A stretch of DNA of 64,000 nucleotides, taken from Fibrobacterales bacterium. GTDB lineage: Bacteria; Fibrobacterota; Fibrobacteria; Fibrobacterales; JAOPTW01. Every line of letters starts with the position of its first letter. Position 1 is the stretch's first letter. Location: the NCBI GenBank assembly GCA_051532055.1, contig JAOPTX010000023.1, positions 80,450 through 144,449 on the forward strand, given 5' to 3'. Below, in pieces: positions 30,747 through 39,077 of the stretch. A program made the translations under genes and the position numbers. Below the pieces are notes generated by a model. The model saw nothing but the letters and a program-made list of their open reading frames with translations. It had not been told where the DNA came from and searched no databases.

Positions 30747-30797
30747 GGAAAAATCTGACAATTAATGGAAAATTATGCAATGGCCAGGAAATTTGTT
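30747..30797. promoter_or_regulatory. Three 20-bp-phased direct repeats, candidate enhancer-binding-protein sites
   Basis: GGAAAAATCTG (30747), GGAAAATTATG (30767), GGAAATTTGTT (30787). Confidence 0.5.
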
Positions 30798-30832
30798 CCT
30801 AATCAACGTATTTGGGCTCTTTAAGGAAAAAC

Positions 30833-32323
30833 CTAGAAAATATCATATTGAATAGATACAGAGTAATCTATGGAGAGGCCATTTGGATTTGATTCATGAT
30901 AACTCCAATATTCATTATTAGAATCCCCAAATCCATTTCCATATGCTTCACTCACAATCGACCGTTGACTTGGTCCATACTGAGCCTTAATACCCCAATA
31001 TTTTGCTTCTACCCGCTCCATTGAGTGGTATACGCCACATTCTGCCAATAATTTCAGTTTAGTTGAAAAATACCACACATATTGCATTGACGCCCCAACT
31101 GTGAGCATATAGTTCTCATATTTAACCGTAGTATCATAATGCTTTGTTTGTAAATAAACAGGTATAAACCAATAATTTCCACCCACTGTTAAGGAAACCT
31201 CGGTTCTACTCGAAGGATAGTAACTTAATGCAGTCTGATGTCCAATCGCACTGAGCCAACCCGTTGCATTCGGTGCTATTTCATGCTGTACACTAACACG
31301 ATCACCGCTAAAAGCTCCTGATTCAAGATAAATTTTATTCTCTATATGCCAGTTTAAACTGAGAGCTTCTGTGAAATGATGTTCTATAACTCCAAATGTT
31401 CTCGAATATTTGAATTCATTCTCACTTTTACCCGAAGCATTAACTTCATAGGTATGTCGTGTTCCCTCAACTCTAAAAGCAAGACCAACCCGCAAACCAC
31501 TCTGTCGCTCTGGATGAGTGTCCATTAAAAAGTCATTGATAATAGTGAAATAATCAAGAGCTGCCTCGACCACCAATCCATACTCCTTAAAAAAGGCATC
31601 AATAGCCTCTAATTGTAACGTTCGATGCTCCCGTTCATCCCATACCCGTATCTTTTCTGTCTCTTGTAATAGGTGAGCAATACTCTCAATATAGTCTGAA
31701 CGGACATCATCTATTATGCCTTTTTTAAAAAGTGCTTCCACTATATAGTAGGCTGTTCGAGCATAGGTAACACTTTGAAAACGACCAAAGCCAGCAGAGA
31801 CCCCTCCTTTCCAATAGTGATGCCTCCCCTCAATATTCGACTCATATGCAGAAGTATCTACACCGTGCTCTTCAATTTCATTATAATCTATTGAATAATG
31901 CGTTCCACCATCAGCGCCAAGATACCAATCATCGAGACCAAAATAATGTGTATAGCTAAAGGAACCATAAGGGGCTACCATTGCAGTGGTACTCACTATT
32001 TCACTATTAAGACTATCACTCCAATCAGTAATTGACCTATTCACATAGTTACCGTGCAAACCAACGACTCCACTCCATTCATTCCTATCAGAGAATTCTC
32101 TGCGAGCATAAATGAGTGTTGCACTCCCGAGTAATGCAGTACCTTCATCAGGAAGAGGAGCAAATATGTTCTCTTGTTTCCCATGAATTCCAGTGTAATC
32201 ACCGCTAATCATTGGCGTAATGTAGAGTGATGACTTACTATAATTTGTAGAGCGAAACTCATTTAAGTCATAAGAAAAGACAGATGTAATAGAGAGTAAA
32301 AACAGCGATAGCAGAATTCTCAT
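30833..32323 (-). CDS. Probable outer-membrane beta-barrel protein of unknown function
   Basis: Signal peptide, Tyr/Gly-rich amphipathic strands, central helical segment, C-terminal YSVSIQYDIF. Confidence 0.7.
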   Translation of the reverse strand: MRILLSLFLLSITSVFSYDLNEFRSTNYSKSSLYITPMISGDYTGIHGKQENIFAPLPDEGTALLGSATLIYARREFSDRNEWSGVVGLHGNYVNRSITDWSDSLNSEIVSTTAMVAPYGSFSYTHYFGLDDWYLGADGGTHYSIDYNEIEEHGVDTSAYESNIEGRHHYWKGGVSAGFGRFQSVTYARTAYYIVEALFKKGIIDDVRSDYIESIAHLLQETEKIRVWDEREHRTLQLEAIDAFFKEYGLVVEAALDYFTIINDFLMDTHPERQSGLRVGLAFRVEGTRHTYEVNASGKSENEFKYSRTFGVIEHHFTEALSLNWHIENKIYLESGAFSGDRVSVQHEIAPNATGWLSAIGHQTALSYYPSSRTEVSLTVGGNYWFIPVYLQTKHYDTTVKYENYMLTVGASMQYVWYFSTKLKLLAECGVYHSMERVEAKYWGIKAQYGPSQRSIVSEAYGNGFGDSNNEYWSYHESNPNGLSIDYSVSIQYDIF

Positions 32324-32497
32324 TAATTCCCCAGCATAAAAAACGAGTTGGTACTCAAAATAGAGTATTCACACTCAATTTCCTATAAGCTCTTAGGAGA
32401 TTAGACTGTTTTATTAAAAAAATGTGTCACAAGTTGTGAGGGTACTTTCATAGACCAACTCATATTGAAATAGGCGGTCTATCCATTTTCAAGAAAT

Positions 32498-32530
32498 AAA
32501 AAAGGACCGAATTCCATTGATTCCGGCCCT
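32498..32530 (-). terminator. Intrinsic terminator after flgM
   Basis: Minus strand GGGCCGGAATCAATGGAATTCGGTCC followed by TTTTTT (stem includes G-U pairs). Confidence 0.7.
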
Positions 32531-32568
32531 CTCAGTGTTTAGCTGATCTACATCTCATAGCTACCTCG

Positions 32569-32847
32569 TTACAGCAGTTTAATTATTTTCTCGGCAATAT
32601 CATCTACCATTTGATCATTCAATGTATACTCTCCTGCATTAACTCGGCTTTTAATATTTTCAAGCTTTTGGAAACGCTCTTTTTCAATATGAGAGTCGTA
32701 TTTCTGAGAATCCTTCAGCTTCTCAGCAGCTGCTTTGGAAAACTCGTAGGTATCTTTAACCTCGGCAGTTTTCCCTTCATCAATTTTTTTCTTTGCTCCA
32801 GGGCTTCGTATGTATTCAGCAACCCTTGTAATTATCTCTGTTTTCAT
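32569..32847 (-). CDS. flgM: Anti-sigma28 factor FlgM (92 aa)
   Basis: GGAGGA RBS and ATG at 32847. D.YEFS..A and R.QKLENIKSRVNAGEY....IAEKII. Sigma28 promoter upstream. Confidence 0.88.
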   Translation of the reverse strand: MKTEIITRVAEYIRSPGAKKKIDEGKTAEVKDTYEFSKAAAEKLKDSQKYDSHIEKERFQKLENIKSRVNAGEYTLNDQMVDDIAEKIIKLL

Positions 32848-32900
32848 AGTTATATCCTCCTGGTAAGTGATACACTCCTTTGTTAAACTACCTACTATAC

Positions 32901-32927
32901 TTATCGTCAATCCTCATTTAAAACTTA
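32901..32927 (-). promoter_or_regulatory. Sigma28 promoter of flgM
   Basis: Minus strand TAAG-N15-GACGATAA versus consensus TAAA-N15-GCCGATAA. Confidence 0.82.
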
Positions 32928-33076
32928 ACCTAATTCATTACTCTTTTACCTCATATTCATCAAAACTTTAAAAACTTGATGAATATTTGCGTTTTTTGAT
33001 TTTAATATTTGGGTATTTTAAATAAAAACAACAATTGAACCACTTGTATTCTTTAGTTTTTACTTTAAATACCGCA

Positions 33077-33805
33077 TCAAGATCCCTTATGGGATTTTGA
33101 TGTTCCCGCCTGAGGACCAAAACGCTTCACAAGGCCATTATAATTGGAGAGTAACCTATTGTAGTAACGAATGGGAAGCTTTTTAAGGCTTTTTGTACGA
33201 ATTGCCTTATTAAGAGTACCAGGGCCAACATTATAAGCCATAATGCCATACCGTAGGCTTTTATAGCGAAGAATCATTTTTATAAGATACGTCGCCCCAA
33301 AGAGAATATTTATCTTTGGATTCATCAAATCCGCACGGGTCTGTAGACCCACGCCAAGATGTTTTGACATGGACTGAGCTGTCCCCATTTTAATCTGCAT
33401 GAGCCCCAAGGCCCCACTTAACTTTCCACTTCGATACTTACCCATTGCATCAGGATCCCCCTGACTCTCAACCGTAACAAGTGCCAAAATAAGAAGGGGG
33501 TCAAAAGAATAAGAACGAGAAATCTTCCAAAGCTCCTCGGTAATTTCGATAAGCTCTGCATTAGTGAGTTGCCCATACGCACTAAATTGAGTGGCCTCCA
33601 AAATTCGCACATACGCATAGGTCGAAGTTATCACCTTTTCAGTATGAAAATTTTCACTCTCCAACTCTTTAATTTGAGCCTGAAGACTCTCTGCTGTCCG
33701 TGAATTCTTCACCCAAATCAGAGCAATCGCAATCAAAACCAGAGTAATAGAAGTACCCAACACTATAAGTGATATAACGTTTAATCTGATACTCGAACGG
33801 ATCAC
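33077..33805 (-). CDS. Membrane-anchored lytic transglycosylase (SLT domain)
   Basis: DPLLILALVTVES, GALGLMQI, P.INILFGATYL, AYNVGPG. N-terminal TM. GTGA overlap with the upstream gene. Confidence 0.92.
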   Translation of the reverse strand: MIRSSIRLNVISLIVLGTSITLVLIAIALIWVKNSRTAESLQAQIKELESENFHTEKVITSTYAYVRILEATQFSAYGQLTNAELIEITEELWKISRSYSFDPLLILALVTVESQGDPDAMGKYRSGKLSGALGLMQIKMGTAQSMSKHLGVGLQTRADLMNPKINILFGATYLIKMILRYKSLRYGIMAYNVGPGTLNKAIRTKSLKKLPIRYYNRLLSNYNGLVKRFGPQAGTSKSHKGS

Positions 33806-34518
33806 TCGTTCTCCAACTCTTTTTTCTTTTTCCTTTTGTTTCGGCGCTTTTCAAGTACCTCTAAATACTGCACCCAATCAGAGACAAATGTGTAATCTGC
33901 ATTCTCTAACGAATCGTTGACCAGCCCTAAATCTTTCAAAGGAGCCAAACGTAATTGCAGAGAAGTGATGTCTTTAAGCATCTTATCTTTTTGTACTTCT
34001 AACTGATGAATCAATTTGGTTTGTTCTGCAATACCCTCTTCTTGAAAACGAATAATAGAGATCAAGGTAAGGAGCCACCCTCCTAGAAGAACTAACAAAA
34101 TTGCAGCAACACCAGGCGAAAGACGCATTCCTGTTTTCTTGGAATAGATAATCCCTGTTTTCTTAAGGTTTTTAACAAATCCAGAATTATGATACTCTTG
34201 TGCTGTCTGATAAATAGAAAAGAGATTGCTCCACTTAGCAAAATAGAGCATTTTCTTTTCGGGACTCATAAGAATAATGAGATTTCCTCCACGTCCTTTT
34301 AAATTATTAAGAATTTCTAGAAGCATGGGCGCCAATTTTTGAGTACGCACTTCACAATGGTGCATGTCTAAAATAAAAAGCTTGTGCCCATCAATAATAA
34401 GAGACTCAAGTTTCTCTTGAACACTTTGCACCTGTTCGTCAAAGAAAAGCCCCTCCAATACAACAAGGATCTCATTATTTAAAGTCTCTATAGATATATC
34501 GAGCTGTTTTGACTTCAT
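33802..34518 (-). CDS. STAS-like domain, TM and coiled-coil protein
   Basis: ILVVLEG..V.EKLESLI.DG.K.FILDM..LL...N.LK.RGG.L.I, one TM, heptad segment. Confidence 0.7.
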   Translation of the reverse strand: MKSKQLDISIETLNNEILVVLEGLFFDEQVQSVQEKLESLIIDGHKLFILDMHHCEVRTQKLAPMLLEILNNLKGRGGNLIILMSPEKKMLYFAKWSNLFSIYQTAQEYHNSGFVKNLKKTGIIYSKKTGMRLSPGVAAILLVLLGGWLLTLISIIRFQEEGIAEQTKLIHQLEVQKDKMLKDITSLQLRLAPLKDLGLVNDSLENADYTFVSDWVQYLEVLEKRRNKRKKKKELENE

Positions 34519-36488
34519 CTCAATGATTTCCTTGTCTTTTTAATTTTAACTGTTGAGAGAAATTGTTCACTCTCTTGGCCTTTCATAGAAACAGGCCAGA
34601 GCGCGACGCAAGTATACCCTTGGAAGATCGAATCTCCTCCATCGTTAACCCGAATACTCATCTTCTTTACAATTATGGTACACTCTTTTACAAAACTCCA
34701 TTCAAAAAGCACGCCGCATTTTTTGTCGAGTACTTCAAATTTGGTCACACTATTTTTTTCAAAACCATCTGACATTTCAAAGCCTAGATTTATTATACGA
34801 CCGTTAACACGAATACGCATTTTCTCTTCATTTGTAGTACTCAGAGTAACATTGAATTCATTAGCAAAAAAACCTGAAAATTGATAAAACGTATTGTTCG
34901 TCACTTGATAATTGACGTTAATCTCAGAAGCTTTCTCTTTTACCGATATCACTTTCTCTATCTTACACTCATGTTTAGTACCATCGAGTGTAAACTTTTG
35001 TCTCCCACTCATAAGGAGCTTCGTCGAAGATTTTTGTTTCTTTAATGTAAAATCATAAGGAGACGTCAATTGCCCTTGGGTTCCCTCTAGATATCTTGTC
35101 ACCCCTTCAAAAGAGAACGAATCCATGGGGATCATCCAGTCCCTGAAGCCTGATACAGGATCGACACTAAATCGTAGTTCTTCTTCATCAACGACCTTAG
35201 ACTCACGATATCCATTGATAATATTAATAGGGCGAGGACGATACTCGAGAGACCTCAAGCGGCCTCCCTTTAAAGGTTCTAATACAAAGCCCATAGTTCC
35301 ATTAGTACATACAACCTGCTTAGATCCATTATTTAACAGATCAGTTTCTTCAATTTTAATACCCGTTCCAGGATGTATTTCTCGCAATCGCTCCTCAACC
35401 TGCAATAAAATTTCATAACACCGCACCCGGTCTTCAATGAAAGTAATACCGCCTGTTTGTTTTGAGTTCCGGTAATAAAAAACCCCTTGAACCGGTAACA
35501 TCATCTCTTCAAGGGCATCAATCTGGGACTGTTGTTCAAGACGTGAAATCCTTTTATGTAAATGCATCATTCGCTTATGCAGGTAATTCGCCTCAGGCTG
35601 TAACACCAATAATTCACGACATGAGGTTAGGTGATTCTCTAACCCTAGGGAACGCCCTGCAGTTTCAGGTATCGATATTCCGCCCTTCGAATAACCCGAG
35701 TCAATAAGCTGTGCAAGAGTCCCAACTTCGACAGGAAGCTCTGCCTCTGATATTTTTTCAAACATTGTCTTGAGATGATCAAGCCAATCATATTCATACT
35801 CACCCCGTGCAAGACCAAAAAATGGGAGATCAACAAGTACAAGTTTATCCTCAGCATCCTCTAAGTCGGGCAAATTCATTTCACAGAGTTTTGATAATTT
35901 TTCAACCATACCTTCAATATTACCATCTGCAAAGAGCTGCATAAATCCATCCAGCGCAGGCATTACTTTAACTAAACGACCTCTATCTTCAACACAAAAA
36001 TAACCCGCGCGATCACTATAACGCCAAAGTGATCCTTTCAATTGATAATCTTTTAAGAGGGTATATTCAAAATGATTTTCCGCCAAGAGCTCAACCATTG
36101 AGTTTTCCCAAATATATGCAGAAGGAAAAAAACCTCGGGGCCGAACATGCAGATTGTTTTCAATAAGGTCCATCAACTTTTTAATTTGAAGTTGCTGAAG
36201 TGACCGTGGTAAAAATGGAAATACCGGATCATAATACCCACCACCAAGCCACTCGATAGTACCACTTTGTGATTCAACAAGTAATCGTTTAAAAAGATCA
36301 GACTTTTTTTGAATAAGGCCATTCAAAAAGGACCCACAACTATAGAGGGTTATACCCTTCATGCTATTTGAATCGAGTACTTTATAGAGCTGTTCTAAAA
36401 AAAGTTGGCCATACTCTACCAACTGCTTCTCTTGAAGCAATGGCATATCATGTATATGCAATACTATTGCAAGTTTAACTTTTCTCAT
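34515..36488 (-). CDS. GH57 / 4-alpha-glucanotransferase-like protein, apparently degenerate
   Basis: LHIHD.P, IEWLGGGYYDPV, ELL...PEANYLHKRM, and a C-terminal region with GGRL.SL and SIFQG..V..W. Confidence 0.8.
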   Translation of the reverse strand: MRKVKLAIVLHIHDMPLLQEKQLVEYGQLFLEQLYKVLDSNSMKGITLYSCGSFLNGLIQKKSDLFKRLLVESQSGTIEWLGGGYYDPVFPFLPRSLQQLQIKKLMDLIENNLHVRPRGFFPSAYIWENSMVELLAENHFEYTLLKDYQLKGSLWRYSDRAGYFCVEDRGRLVKVMPALDGFMQLFADGNIEGMVEKLSKLCEMNLPDLEDAEDKLVLVDLPFFGLARGEYEYDWLDHLKTMFEKISEAELPVEVGTLAQLIDSGYSKGGISIPETAGRSLGLENHLTSCRELLVLQPEANYLHKRMMHLHKRISRLEQQSQIDALEEMMLPVQGVFYYRNSKQTGGITFIEDRVRCYEILLQVEERLREIHPGTGIKIEETDLLNNGSKQVVCTNGTMGFVLEPLKGGRLRSLEYRPRPINIINGYRESKVVDEEELRFSVDPVSGFRDWMIPMDSFSFEGVTRYLEGTQGQLTSPYDFTLKKQKSSTKLLMSGRQKFTLDGTKHECKIEKVISVKEKASEINVNYQVTNNTFYQFSGFFANEFNVTLSTTNEEKMRIRVNGRIINLGFEMSDGFEKNSVTKFEVLDKKCGVLFEWSFVKECTIIVKKMSIRVNDGGDSIFQGYTCVALWPVSMKGQESEQFLSTVKIKKTRKSLR

Positions 36489-36672
36489 AGAATCATTTTG
36501 TAGTGCTCTTTATTCTATCATAATAGTATTTAAAAAGGTTACAAAATGCTCTTTTTTAGCCACATACTATCTTTTTACAAATAACATGTTCTGCAAAAAT
36601 ATTTTTTTGAATAGAAAATCTATTGTGCTTGACTTCTCTCAATTCGGTAGAGGAAATACCAATAAGAGTGAA

Positions 36673-37515
36673 CTATATTTCTTTATTATCAATGAGCCGT
36701 GTCGCACCATAAAAAGCAGCAACAAGTATCACTGCTTTTTCAGTCACCCTACCTTTAAGAGGCAGAAGAGTATCTCGTGAAGCAACTTCAACATATTGGA
36801 TTTCCCGGCACGTTGACTTTTCAATCTCTTTAACTATCACTCTCTTCAATTGAGCCACAGTTTGCGGAGTCTCTTTTTGCAGCCTCTGTGCCTTATGAAG
36901 CCCTGTACTGATTGCAAGCGCGCTGCCCCGATCTTTAGAAGAGAGATACTCGTTACGCGAACTCATTGCGAGCCCTGACTGCTCTCGGATCGTAGCACCA
37001 AGAACTATCTTAATGGGATAACTTAAATCAGATACCATTTTTTTAATCAGGTATGCTTGTTGGTAATCTTTTTTTCCAAAATAGGCTCGATTAGGCTGAA
37101 CACAATTAAAAAGTTTAGATACTACTGTTAAGACGCCATCAAAGTGACCATCACGATAGGCCCCACAATAGAGATGTTGTATTACTCTATTGGTAACATA
37201 GGTTTGATGAGAGTCAGTATAAAACTTTTGGTACTCTGGAAAAAAAAGGACATCAACATCACTTTTTTTTAATCCTAATGAATCCTCTTTAAACGTTCTC
37301 GGATACCTAGTAAGGTCTTCATTGGGTCCAAACTGTAATGGATTAACAAAGATGGAGACGATGGTCACATCATTTTGCGAAACAGACTTTTCAACCAAAG
37401 AAAAGTGGCCTTTATGAAGCGCCCCCATCGTTGGTACAAACCCTATTGAATGACTTTTTACTTTAACCGATGCGACATATCGTGCGAGTGCATCTGCCGT
37501 ACGAATTACTTTCAT
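36673..37515 (-). CDS. panC: Pantoate--beta-alanine ligase
   Basis: FVPTMGALHKGH, SIFVNPLQF, GHFDGV, FGKKDYQQ, GLAMSSRN, RLIDN. Confidence 0.98.
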   Translation of the reverse strand: MKVIRTADALARYVASVKVKSHSIGFVPTMGALHKGHFSLVEKSVSQNDVTIVSIFVNPLQFGPNEDLTRYPRTFKEDSLGLKKSDVDVLFFPEYQKFYTDSHQTYVTNRVIQHLYCGAYRDGHFDGVLTVVSKLFNCVQPNRAYFGKKDYQQAYLIKKMVSDLSYPIKIVLGATIREQSGLAMSSRNEYLSSKDRGSALAISTGLHKAQRLQKETPQTVAQLKRVIVKEIEKSTCREIQYVEVASRDTLLPLKGRVTEKAVILVAAFYGATRLIDNKEI

Positions 37516-38168
37516 AAATGAAGTGATGTTGGTGAGTAGTAGGTTGTTCCTTTGGGGAACGATTCGATGACATTGAGAAGGTCCTTGAGATCATCTTCTT
37601 TTTCAACAAAGTCAATATTATCTGTATTTACAATCAGGACAGGGCATTCTACAACATGGAAAAAATAGTGGTTGTACGCTTCAATAAGCTCTTCAAGATA
37701 AGCCCGGTCCATTTTTTGTTCCCAAGTACGACCTCTTTTTTTAATACGCTCTACCAGGGTGTCAATATTTGCCTGAAGATACACAACAAAGTCCGGCTTC
37801 ACTACATCTTTTGCAAGTGCATGTGCAACTTTATCATACATAGCAAGCTCATCTCGTGTTAAATTTATTGAAGCAAAAATTCGGTCTTTATCAAAAACAT
37901 AATCACCAACAATACAACTGCTAAACATATCACGCTGTTCAAAAGTTTCATAAAATTGTTTGTGACGAGAGAGTAAAAAGAAAAGTTGCACCTGAAAGGC
38001 ATATGCTTCACGGTTACTATAAAACTTTCCAAGAAAAGGGTTCTCTTCAACTTCTTCATGCATCAACTGTGCACCCAGTCTCTGAGCAATCATCTCACTC
38101 AATGAGCTTTTCCCTACTCCAATAACCCCTTCAATGGCAAGAAACTGTATCTCTTCTGGTAATGTCAT
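37512..38168 (-). CDS. Deoxynucleoside kinase
   Basis: IEGVIGVGKSSL, ENPFL..FY, QLFFLLSR, KDRIFA, RI.KRGR..E. Confidence 0.93.
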   Translation of the reverse strand: MTLPEEIQFLAIEGVIGVGKSSLSEMIAQRLGAQLMHEEVEENPFLGKFYSNREAYAFQVQLFFLLSRHKQFYETFEQRDMFSSCIVGDYVFDKDRIFASINLTRDELAMYDKVAHALAKDVVKPDFVVYLQANIDTLVERIKKRGRTWEQKMDRAYLEELIEAYNHYFFHVVECPVLIVNTDNIDFVEKEDDLKDLLNVIESFPKGTTYYSPTSLHL

Positions 38169-38238
38169 TCTCAGCCTAATTATAGTTCGTTTGTCTGTCC
38201 TCGTTTACCGAACAGTCTCAGTATACCAAAACATCCAA

Positions 38239-38742
38239 CTAATATTCATCTACTCGCACGATATCTGCATCACTCTCGGTAGTGCGTAATCGATCAAGTA
38301 ACTGTCGAACACTCACCAACTGTTGTGGATCCACAACAGTACTGTTGAGATCGCAAAAAGGAATTAAGACAAAAAATCGTTTGGTCAGTTCTTTATGAGG
38401 AATGGTAACATATCCCGTTTGAACTATTTTATTTCCATAATATAGCATATCACAATCAATTTCTCTAGCACCCCATCGTCTTCTTTTTTTTCTTCCAACA
38501 ATAATTTCAACCCCCTTACAAAAATTCAAGAGTTTATCGGGCGTGAGATCCGTATCAAATGAAATCACCATATTATAAAATTTTTCTTGATCTTGTGGCC
38601 CAACAGGAGGCGTCTCATACAGAGGACTCTCCGCTATTTCACCATGGGCAATCTTTGTAAACAGCTGAATTGCGCTCTTTAGGTGAGCATGGCGATCTCC
38701 TACATTGCTTCCCAAAGACAGGTATATACGTTCTATAGACAT
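38239..38742 (-). CDS. folK: HPPK (2-amino-4-hydroxy-6-hydroxymethyldihydropteridine pyrophosphokinase)
   Basis: YLSLGSNVGDR, SPLYET.P.G, RWGAREIDCDML, IPH....R.FVL.P. Confidence 0.95.
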   Translation of the reverse strand: MSIERIYLSLGSNVGDRHAHLKSAIQLFTKIAHGEIAESPLYETPPVGPQDQEKFYNMVISFDTDLTPDKLLNFCKGVEIIVGRKKRRRWGAREIDCDMLYYGNKIVQTGYVTIPHKELTKRFFVLIPFCDLNSTVVDPQQLVSVRQLLDRLRTTESDADIVRVDEY

Positions 38743-38968
38743 TTTAATCTTTTTTATCTCTCTATCTCATTACAATTTACAACATACATTTCTTTTGAGT
38801 CTTCAGTATAATCTAATTCACTAGAATGCCAACCAAAATAACTATTGAATTATAATTTTTTTTGGCAAGATCACCATGTCATAAATTTCATGTATAATAT
38901 CATTTTATTGTAATCCCTTGGCTTTACTCAAATTACAAGCTTGTAACTATCGACCTTTGTCGCAATAA

Positions 38969-39016
38969 TCACAATATGTAGTATGTAATCAATAATTACT
39001 ACACAACATCTACATG
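38969..39016. promoter_or_regulatory. Tandem NrdR boxes upstream of nrdD
   Basis: TCACAATATGTAGTAT (38969) and weaker ACACAACATCTACATG (39001), starts 32 bp apart. Consensus is acaCwAtATaTwGtgt. Confidence 0.72.
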
Positions 39017-39077
39017 TTTACTTAACTTTACAAAACAAGATCAGATTCTTTACAAACCTACAATAGCCAGGATACAG

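Noticed and set aside
32848..32910. N-terminal extension of FlgM given by the ORF track
   Set aside because: It overlaps the sigma28 -10 element, and a strong GGAGGA RBS supports the ATG at 32847.
38957..38974. Rex box upstream of nrdD (TTGTCGCAATAATCACAA)
   Set aside because: The left arm matches only 4 of 7 positions, and the site overlaps a better-fitting NrdR box.
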